DNA of 64,000 nucleotides, from positions 1 through 64,000 of the forward strand of contig JAZDDZ010000049.1 in assembly GCA_043809245.1 (NCBI GenBank), in the 5' to 3' direction. Position numbers and translations under genes: made by a program. Of the stretch, positions 1 through 6,771 are shown piece after piece (within the stretch, counting starts at the first letter, position 1; each line of letters begins with the position of its first letter). Under the pieces are notes generated by a model, which saw only the letters and a list, made by a program, of their open reading frames with translations, had not been told where the DNA came from and did no database searches. This stretch comes from Candidatus Iainarchaeum sp. GTDB taxonomy: Archaea > Iainarchaeota > Iainarchaeia > Iainarchaeales > JAZDDZ01.

Positions 1-1242
1 ACTTAATGCTTCCCCGCCACTCAAGCCATAACCATAACCCTTGATTAAGCCCCTTGTCGGAGAGCCTAATAATTCCGCGCCAGTTGCAATGGCTTCAGCG
101 CCAAGTCCGCCAATGTCGCCGATTACTTGCTTTGTTTTCACTGCGCCAAATTGTAGCGGGTAAACAGTGTAGCCGATTTGTTTTTCTCCAGTTAAAAGGT
201 TTTGGGTTTGCCCAAGCTGACTGAATGCCCTGTCTTTTTTTGGCGGTTCGTAAGAGTAACCTAAATAAGAAACATTTGCATTGTAAGCGCCAAGCACGGG
301 CATTGTGGCTCGGCTTACATTAATTGAATGCACCCCATAAAATTCTCTGTCGACTGCCCTGTTAAAAGATTCAGCGTATTCATCCGAAACCAGTGCTGGC
401 AAAGCATTGTATTGGCTTTGGAGTTTTGCGGTTTCAAGCTGTATAGAGCCAGCTCTTGAAACTTTGGCGCTTTCATCTTCAAAGCCAGTTAGTGGTTGAA
501 GGGCTTGGCGTGTTCCCAAAACTGACATTTGTTTTCCTTCGCTTTCATAGCCTTCAACAATGCCTGCTTTTTTGTTGTATTCGTCAATCAATTTGTTCAG
601 TTTTTGTGCTTGCTGCAAGGTAATCCATTGCCCGTCCTCCAGTTGAACCATTGAACCGCCTTTCTTTTTCACGGTTTGCGTTCCCCCTGAAGTTGTTCGG
701 GTTATTGTGTTCGCAGTGTCAAAGTCTTTTTTTGCTTGTTCAATTGCTTTCCTTGCCCTGTCAGCTTCGTTAAAAGAACTGGAGTAGTCTTTAACCCTTT
801 GGCTGTATTGTGCGCCCAAGCGGTTCAAAAGGTTTTCTTGTTGGACTATTGTTTGCCCTGCTTTTTGCCCTGCGCTGGTTCGGCTTGGCGTTGGTGCTGG
901 TGCTTGCGGTGCAGGCGCTGGGCTTGACGGCTCGCCTGACCTGTTGCCCCCGCTAATTCCCCCAGAAGCGTAAAACTGTTCAATGGAAACATACCCGCTT
1001 GGTGTCCTAACAACCCCGCCTGTTCCGCTTCCTGCTGGGGGGGCATAAATTGGTGTTGCCAATCCTTGTGCTGCAAGTCTTTGCCCTTCAGGGCTATCCG
1101 CAGTATAGGAAGCGTTTTGACCTGAATAGCCAACGATTTGTTGTTGTGAAGAATTAGAGCCACCGCTTGAACCACCAGACGAACCACTGGTTCTGTTTTG
1201 TGTTAATCCCCCAGCGGGCTTGAAGGGATTATATGCTGCCAT
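1..1242 (-). CDS. Large hypothetical protein, partial (runs off the left edge); G/S/Q/P-rich N-terminus
   Basis: Hand translation from ATG at 1242 (MAAYNPFKPAGG...) stays open to position 1 (>414 aa). It is missing from the ORF track because no stop lies in the window. The start overlaps the end of the upstream gene. Confidence 0.8.
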   Translation of the reverse strand, partial: MAAYNPFKPAGGLTQNRTSGSSGGSSGGSNSSQQQIVGYSGQNASYTADSPEGQRLAAQGLATPIYAPPAGSGTGGVVRTPSGYVSIEQFYASGGISGGNRSGEPSSPAPAPQAPAPTPSRTSAGQKAGQTIVQQENLLNRLGAQYSQRVKDYSSSFNEADRARKAIEQAKKDFDTANTITRTTSGGTQTVKKKGGSMVQLEDGQWITLQQAQKLNKLIDEYNKKAGIVEGYESEGKQMSVLGTRQALQPLTGFEDESAKVSRAGSIQLETAKLQSQYNALPALVSDEYAESFNRAVDREFYGVHSINVSRATMPVLGAYNANVSYLGYSYEPPKKDRAFSQLGQTQNLLTGEKQIGYTVYPLQFGAVKTKQVIGDIGGLGAEAIATGAELLGSPTRGLIKGYGYGLSGGEALS

Positions 1243-1537
1243 TCTTTGCCCACTCCGCTTTTAGAAACTGGTAAAATGATTCAATCGGCAGATAACCCGA
1301 ACAGGTTTTCACCGCCCCTTTTGTTCCGCTTCCTTCAGGTGCTTCAAAGACTGCAAGGGCTTTTCCTTCAAAATAAAGCGCTTCACCTTCAAGCGAATCC
1401 CCTGTATAGGCTGCGTTTTCGGAGAGGTAGCCGATTATTTTTGGTTCGGGGTTTTGCGCTTGAACGCCTATGAGCAGTGCCGAGGCTATAATTAAAACCC
1501 CAGCCAATGCAAGCAAAACCTTTGTATATTTCACCAT
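1229..1537 (-). CDS. Small secreted or membrane-anchored hypothetical protein
   Basis: N-terminal hydrophobic signal segment; shares a 56-aa domain with the downstream ORF. Confidence 0.75.
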   Translation of the reverse strand: MVKYTKVLLALAGVLIIASALLIGVQAQNPEPKIIGYLSENAAYTGDSLEGEALYFEGKALAVFEAPEGSGTKGAVKTCSGYLPIESFYQFLKAEWAKNGSI

Positions 1538-1576
1538 GCAGAGATTGGGGTGTTTCTAAATTTTATGTTAAGGGGG

Positions 1577-1726
1577 TTAATCGGTTGGTTTTGCTTCTTT
1601 GATTAGCAGGTCGCCTTTTTCTCCAAGCAAAACCAGAAGCTCTTGCCCTTTTTTCCAGCCCTTGTGCTTAACGTATTCTTTTGGAATGGTCAGGAAGAAA
1701 AAGTTTTTTGATTGCTGTAGTTTCAT
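1577..1726 (-). CDS. AbrB/MazE/SpoVT-like DNA-binding protein (49 aa)
   Basis: Hand translation MKLQQSKNFFFLTIPKEYVKHKGWKKGQELLV...; TIPK...GWKKG pattern; GGTGG RBS upstream. Confidence 0.75.
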   Translation of the reverse strand: MKLQQSKNFFFLTIPKEYVKHKGWKKGQELLVLLGEKGDLLIKEAKPTD

Positions 1727-1864
1727 TTTACCACCTTAAAGTTAGTTATAAAAATACTTATGCCTTTCCAATATTTAAGTTATGGGGTAATACTAAAGTT
1801 AGTGGTGCATTTAACTAATTAGGAAAAGCGCCCGAGGGAGGACTTGAACCTCCGACCTGCCGGT

Positions 1865-1879
1865 TTCTGCCTGAACAGG
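1865..1879 (-). other. 15-nt canonical 37/38 tRNA intron
   Basis: Intron CCTGTTCAGGCAGAA; helix CTGT/GCAG with bulges TA^C and AA^A. Confidence 0.85.
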
Positions 1880-1886
1880 TAACAGC

Positions 1887-2176
1887 TACGCCTGGTTAAA
1901 GATTGTCGTGGAGTTCCCGGTGGCAGTTTGCGCAAACCAACAAAGTTTTGTCAGCCTCTTTCAATATTCTTTTCCAGCCCCTGTTGTAAATCAGGGAAAT
2001 CTTTTTCTCTTTTTCATCTTTGTGATGAAATTCAAGTGCCGCAATGCATTTGCTGTAACCGCAAATCTGGCATTTGCCGCCCTTTAGCTCCACCAGTTTC
2101 TTTTTGTATTTTCTCCGCCTTTCGGAGATATACTCTGCCACCTTCTTTTTGTCTTTCCAGACCATCTTAAAACCAA
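1887..2176 (-). other. 290-nt BHB tRNA intron at position 30/31 containing an ORF
   Basis: Central helix CGTC/GGCG, 3-nt bulges CG^T and TA^G, flanking helices AG/CT and TGGTT/AACCA. Confidence 0.85.
1896..2165 (-). CDS. HNH endonuclease (zinc-binding), tRNA-intron encoded
   Basis: CQICG...LEFHH...LVCANCHRELH motifs; basic N-terminal helix. Confidence 0.9.
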   Translation of the reverse strand: MVWKDKKKVAEYISERRRKYKKKLVELKGGKCQICGYSKCIAALEFHHKDEKEKKISLIYNRGWKRILKEADKTLLVCANCHRELHDNL

Positions 2177-2509
2177 CGGACGCTCTACCTGCTGAGCTAC
2201 TCGGGCATCCGCTGTCAAAGAATTAACTTTCAATACCTTTAAAACACTTTCACAAAATGAAAAAATCCAATAAAAAATTTTTCTGAAGAAACAAGATTTA
2301 ATAGAAAAAAAAATCAATTCTTAAAAAAGAAAAAGCACCCAAGAAAGGATATGAACCTTAAGGCAAGTTGCTACATAAGTTAATGTGTTTTTTCGCGATT
2401 TAAAACCCCCTTCCCCATTAACAATAGCTTTCCCTAAACCTTAATTAACCCCATTTTAACGAAAATAAGCCTTAATTAACCTTATTTTCAGAATTAGCTG
2501 CTTGTTAAG

Positions 2510-2782
2510 TGTGGGCGCGCTGAAAGTGGAGCGCATTGCTTTAAAGGAATTGAAGCACTGCTTTTTCTTGCTTCCGCAACCCCTTTAAGCATTGATTGCG
2601 CAGGTTACCGTTGCTTTCTTCCGAACCTGGCGGGTTTCGCCCATACAAGCAATCTTAAGGGACAGAAGGTCATGGTCCAAGCAGTGGATTCCTCCAGAGA
2701 ATGAACCCGCCCCTCAGCTTCGGTTCCGGCTGAAGCGGATGTCCGGCAACAGGGGACCGCTAACCCCCCAACCTAGCCCACA
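2510..2782 (-). ncRNA. ffs: Archaeal SRP (7S) RNA
   Basis: Minus strand begins GTGGGCTAGGTTGGGGGGTTAGCGGTCCCCTGT (Alu-like), contains helix-8 motif CCGCCAGGTTCGGAAGAAAGCAACGG, and its ends pair (GTGGGC/GCCCAC). Confidence 0.9.
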
Positions 2783-2993
2783 AAGAAATAGCGTTTTAGG
2801 TGTTTTTAACCATATCGCCTTAAGGGAAGAACACAAATTTCCGAAAAACAAGGTTAAATCAGCCTTTATACATAAAAAGGAATGTATTAAAAGGAGTTTA
2901 GGTGCAAGTGTATATGAATACTTTCTTTTTACAAATCAGCAGCCAAGTTGTTGTTTTTTGTTGGTTTGTGGGAAAAAACTAAGGGGTGAAAAA

Positions 2994-4076
2994 ATGAAGT
3001 CTTTAATCGAAGAAGCAATGGTGAAAACCGAAAAAGCCGAGGACAAACTCGAGGAATTCGGAACACCAAAAATAATGGTTATCGGAACAGGCGGGGCAGG
3101 ATGCAACGCAGTTAACCGACTGGCCAACATGGGAATCTCGGGAGCACAGCTTGTAGCGGTGAACACTGACAAGCAGCATCTCGCAATCATCAACGACGAA
3201 CTCACAAAAATCTTAATCGGAAAAAGCGTCACGCGCGGATTAGGCGCAGGCGGCTATCCTGAAATCGGCGCAAAAGCAGCAGAGGTAAGCAGGGGCGCTT
3301 TGGAAGAAGTGCTTCACGGCGTTGACATGCTGTTCGTTTCAGCGGGAATGGGCGGCGGAACAGGAACAGGCTCTGCACCGGTAATCGCTGAAATAGCAAA
3401 AGAGCAGGGAGCAATAGTAATCGCAATGGTTACATACCCCTTCGCTTTGGAAAAAGCAAGATTGATAAAGGCAGAAGCGGGAATCGAATCACTGAGAGAC
3501 GTAACAGACACGGTTGTTGTCATTGACAACAACAGGCTTGTTGAATTGGTTCCGAATTTGCCGATACAGGACGCATTCAAAGTCGCAGACGAAGTCACGG
3601 CAAGGACTGTTCGCGGAATAACAGAGACAATCACGCAGCCATCACTGATAAACCTTGACTTTGCAGATGTTCGCTCAGTAATGAGCAACAAGGGCTTAAG
3701 CGTTATCGCTGTCGGTGAAAGCAAGTCAGTAAACAAAGTGGATGAAGTTGTTGAAGACACTTTGAAGAACGCATTGCTTGACGTTGACATCGGAGGGGCA
3801 ACAGGCGCATTGATTCACATTACAGGCGGCCCGGAGCTCACACTCGGAGAAGCAAACGCTGTCGGGGAAATGCTCACAGAACACATTGACCCAAAAGCAA
3901 TTGTAATCTGGGGCGCAAGGGTCGATCCAACATTTGAAAACAAAATCGAGGTAATCAGCATCTTCACAGGCGTGCACTCTCCCTACATCAGGGGGCCGAA
4001 TGCACCCGAGTCCTCTTCAAGAGGCGGCTTAAGCAGCCACAGGGGAAGAAAAGACCTTGATTTGGCACACATCTAA
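2994..4076 (+). CDS. ftsZ: Cell division protein FtsZ
   Basis: GGAGCN, GMGGGTGTG tubulin signature, NLDFAD; start reassigned to ATG 2994 after the GGGGTGA RBS. Confidence 0.97.
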   Translation: MKSLIEEAMVKTEKAEDKLEEFGTPKIMVIGTGGAGCNAVNRLANMGISGAQLVAVNTDKQHLAIINDELTKILIGKSVTRGLGAGGYPEIGAKAAEVSRGALEEVLHGVDMLFVSAGMGGGTGTGSAPVIAEIAKEQGAIVIAMVTYPFALEKARLIKAEAGIESLRDVTDTVVVIDNNRLVELVPNLPIQDAFKVADEVTARTVRGITETITQPSLINLDFADVRSVMSNKGLSVIAVGESKSVNKVDEVVEDTLKNALLDVDIGGATGALIHITGGPELTLGEANAVGEMLTEHIDPKAIVIWGARVDPTFENKIEVISIFTGVHSPYIRGPNAPESSSRGGLSSHRGRKDLDLAHI

Positions 4077-4094
4077 AAAACGCAAAACTTTTTT

Positions 4095-4135
4095 GAAAGA
4101 AGCGGCAACGCTTCTTTTCTTTTTCTATTTTTTTT
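4095..4135 (+). terminator. Hairpin plus T-tract terminator
   Basis: AAAGAAGCG-GCAA-CGCTTCTTT followed by T runs, between convergent genes. Confidence 0.6.
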
Positions 4136-4141
4136 ATTTCA

Positions 4142-5563
4142 CTAAAAGAACAAGGGCAAAGCGTTCAGCGCAATAAGAATAAGCACAAGCCAGAGCATCA
4201 GCCTTCCGATGAATTTCTCCGTGTCCTCTTTCGGCATTTTCAGGAATGCAAAATAGGGCAGGAAAAGCATTTTCGCAATCCTTCCGCCGTCAAATGGGTC
4301 AAGGGGAAGGAAGTTGCCGATTGCCACCAAAAAATTCAACAGCAAGAACCAGAAGAGGAAGCTGCCAAGCCAGTCAATTGCAGTTGAAAGAATGTTGTAG
4401 AGCGGTGGCGGGGTGAATGCCTCGTTTTTTATTTCCTTGACTTTAAATCCCAATGACCATTCGCTTGAAACAAAAAAGCCTTCGGTCAGGGTTGTTCCGT
4501 TCCTGTCAAAAGTGATTGAAGCCTCTTTTCCCTTCCTTTCCTCTACAAGCGAAACAAAACCCGAAGCAGAGTAAACGCTTTGGCCATCTATTTTTTCAAT
4601 GAGGTCGCCTTTCTGAATCTTTCCATACAACGGGCTTTCAAAGGTTTCCCCGCAGATTTCAATGCTTTGGTTCAGGTCCTTTACCTCAATTCCTTTCACT
4701 GACTGCATTTTTATCGGCGCTGCCCAGGGCGAATAAGTGAATGCAAGCACTGAGGCGATTCCAAGAATCAATAGCAGCGTCAGGAAGAATGCTGCAACGT
4801 TTGCCATTGGGCCAGCGGCAAAAAGCCTTAACGCTTGCCTTGGCTCGGCTTTTGCAACCTGTTTTTCATCCGGTTCAACGAAAGCGCCAATCGGCAAAAA
4901 CCCTAGGAGCAACAGCCCGGTTGACTTCAATGAGAAACCGTTTTTTCTTGCGGTAACGCCGTGCATTCCCTCGTGAATTATGAGAATGATGAGGATTGAA
5001 ATCCAGGCATGCAATGGCACGACAATTGGAATGTTGGGTATCTCCACCCCTGGAATCAATGGTCCAACGCCTGGACAGGGCTGTTTTCCCGCAAGCATCT
5101 TTACAATTATGTCAAAGGCGTTTAATCCCAGCCAGAAAACCACGAAACCCGCAAAGCCAAATAGCCAGAAGAAAAGGTAAAAGAGAGCGGTGTAATTTCT
5201 TGTCAATGGGTTTGAGGAAATGAATCCGTTCAATGAAAAGTCAATTATGAACAGCACTGCACTCAAAAAAACGAATGAAATGAGGAAAACGAGCAGCCTT
5301 TTTTTGGCGCCCTTGCCTCTTCCGTAAAGATAGTCCGCTGCTATTGCGCCGAAGCCCAAAATCAGGCCAATGTCAGCGAAAGCGTCAAGCACTGGCGACA
5401 GTTTTTTCGCCAAAGCGTCAATCCACTTCAGCGGACGCGTGGTGCGATAAATCGTTCCCACAACGAATGTCTGCTGCTTATAGCGGCGCTTTAGGATATA
5501 TGTTATGATAACGGATACAATAAGGAAGCCTGCAAGCCAGTAAAGCCATTCAAATTCAGCCAA
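4142..5563 (-). CDS. Site-2 (M50) intramembrane metalloprotease with PDZ-like insert
   Basis: HEGMH, GAFVEPD, AGPMAN, NFLPLDPFDGG; multiple transmembrane segments. Confidence 0.92.
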   Translation of the reverse strand: MAEFEWLYWLAGFLIVSVIITYILKRRYKQQTFVVGTIYRTTRPLKWIDALAKKLSPVLDAFADIGLILGFGAIAADYLYGRGKGAKKRLLVFLISFVFLSAVLFIIDFSLNGFISSNPLTRNYTALFYLFFWLFGFAGFVVFWLGLNAFDIIVKMLAGKQPCPGVGPLIPGVEIPNIPIVVPLHAWISILIILIIHEGMHGVTARKNGFSLKSTGLLLLGFLPIGAFVEPDEKQVAKAEPRQALRLFAAGPMANVAAFFLTLLLILGIASVLAFTYSPWAAPIKMQSVKGIEVKDLNQSIEICGETFESPLYGKIQKGDLIEKIDGQSVYSASGFVSLVEERKGKEASITFDRNGTTLTEGFFVSSEWSLGFKVKEIKNEAFTPPPLYNILSTAIDWLGSFLFWFLLLNFLVAIGNFLPLDPFDGGRIAKMLFLPYFAFLKMPKEDTEKFIGRLMLWLVLILIALNALPLFF

Positions 5564-5569
5564 ATTATA

Positions 5570-6031
5570 TCAGCTCTTTTTCCCGTTTTTTCTAAGCAGC
5601 CTTAATTCTTTTTCAATTTTTTCATTGAATTTTTCAGCCAATGAAAGCGCCTGTTCAGCCATGCCTAATGAAACAATGTCCGGCTCGTCGTAAACCGCTG
5701 TGTGCCTTTTTCTCCTGAGCTTGTCCAAAAGGAAGAGGAGCCCTTTGTCTTCGTCTTCTGCGAAATATGCCTGAATGAATTTTACAACCGCCAAATGCGC
5801 TGACTCGCCTGCGGGAATGAAGCCCAATTCAAACATCAAGGCGCGGCTTGATTGAACCACGGAATTGTATGCTATCGCGAGCGCCCATTCAAGGTTTTTC
5901 TTCGCAATGTTGTCTTCCGCCGCCTTTAAGTCCCTTTTTGCCATCACAAGGGATTTATCCGCTTTTTCCCTGCTTTTTTCTATTTTTTTTAGCAGCCCCT
6001 GATTCAACAATTCGCTTAAATTCCCCGGCAT
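5570..6031 (-). CDS. HEPN domain protein (toxin of MNT-HEPN pair)
   Basis: AYNS...SRALM, SAH, RRKRHTAVY; overlaps the MNT gene. Confidence 0.85.
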   Translation of the reverse strand: MPGNLSELLNQGLLKKIEKSREKADKSLVMAKRDLKAAEDNIAKKNLEWALAIAYNSVVQSSRALMFELGFIPAGESAHLAVVKFIQAYFAEDEDKGLLFLLDKLRRKRHTAVYDEPDIVSLGMAEQALSLAEKFNEKIEKELRLLRKNGKKS

Positions 6032-6593
6032 CCCCGATCACTGCACTGAATTTCCCTGCAACAATTTCTTTAAGCAAATGGTTTTCTTCCTTTGCTTTTT
6101 CAAAGAATTCTTCCTCACTCCACACAATGTAATTGATTTCCCTTAAAAGCCTTGCCTCAAAAGAAATCAATTCCTCTGCAAATTCCCTTTCATTAATCTT
6201 GCCGACTAAAAGCAAATCAATGTCGCTGCTTTTTGTTTCAATTCCCTTGGCAAAACTCCCAAACAAAACAGCAAACCTCACGCTGAATTTTTCCAATGCC
6301 TTCCTTAACTCGTCGCCCAAAAAATAGGTTTTAAGGAAAAGCCCCTTCAGCTCCGAAAGAAAAGGGCATTCGTTGTTCAGCCAGAAAAAACGCAGGTTTC
6401 CTGCCCCGCCTTTAGGACTGGAGCGGATAACCCCTGCCTCAACAAGCTTTTCCAGCTCCCCCGCTGCATGGGAAGCCGCAACCCCGTTTAGTTTGGCTGC
6501 CTCACGCAAATGAAACCTTTTGCCGCCGCTGAACAAAAAAAAAGCCAAAAGCCTGACTCTCGCCCTAGAGGAAAACAACACATCAGCAAACAT
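5955..6593 (-). CDS. wHTH-fused minimal nucleotidyltransferase (MNT antitoxin)
   Basis: LFGSFAKG...SDIDLLLVG; N-terminal wHTH; start reassigned to ATG 6593. Confidence 0.88.
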   Translation of the reverse strand: MFADVLFSSRARVRLLAFFLFSGGKRFHLREAAKLNGVAASHAAGELEKLVEAGVIRSSPKGGAGNLRFFWLNNECPFLSELKGLFLKTYFLGDELRKALEKFSVRFAVLFGSFAKGIETKSSDIDLLLVGKINEREFAEELISFEARLLREINYIVWSEEEFFEKAKEENHLLKEIVAGKFSAVIGDAGEFKRIVESGAAKKNRKKQGKSG

Positions 6594-6720
6594 GTTAAAA
6601 AAAATAGAACAATTGTTAATAAAAATAGAACACTTAAAGGAAAAACAGCTGGAAAGGGATTTAATTGTTGGGGTAATGGAAGGAAAAATGCAAAGAAAGG
6701 CTGTTAACAAAAATAGAACA
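6593..6720. promoter_or_regulatory. Three 19-bp operator-like repeats TGTTAANAAAAATAGAACA
   Basis: Copies at 6593-6611, 6614-6632 and 6702-6720, each TGTT-N11-AACA, directly upstream of the wHTH-MNT gene. Confidence 0.65.
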
Positions 6721-6771
6721 GTTGTTCAAAAAAAGTTAGCATCTCCCCCAATGAAAAAACGGTTGGAAGAA

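Larger units (their letters stand above)
1829..2206 (-). tRNA. tRNA-Asn(GTT) with two BHB introns (exons 2206-2177, 1886-1880, 1864-1829)
   Basis: Joined exons give a 73-nt cloverleaf: acceptor GCCCGAG/CTCGGGC, anticodon loop CTGTTAA, T arm GGAGG-TTCAAGT-CCTCC, discriminator G. Both junctions fold as bulge-helix-bulge motifs. Confidence 0.9.

Noticed and set aside
846-1187. 113-aa Q-rich ORF
   Set aside because: Alternative frame inside the longer ORF starting at 1242, which is supported by the shared domain.
1887-2176. Group I intron interpretation of the tRNA insert
   Set aside because: Only about 20 nt lie outside the ORF, leaving no room for a ribozyme core; the ends form a BHB motif instead.
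2436-2490. Repeated CCTTAATTAACC and an inverted repeat in an AT-rich gap, considered as a replication origin
   Set aside because: No ORB-like boxes or cdc6/orc gene nearby; only two short copies.
2592-2993. 134-aa N-terminal extension of FtsZ in the ORF track
   Set aside because: It overlaps the SRP RNA on the opposite strand; a good RBS precedes ATG 2994.
6593-6720. Mini CRISPR array
   Set aside because: Repeats are 19 bp with 2-bp and 69-bp gaps; no cas genes; an operator explanation fits better.
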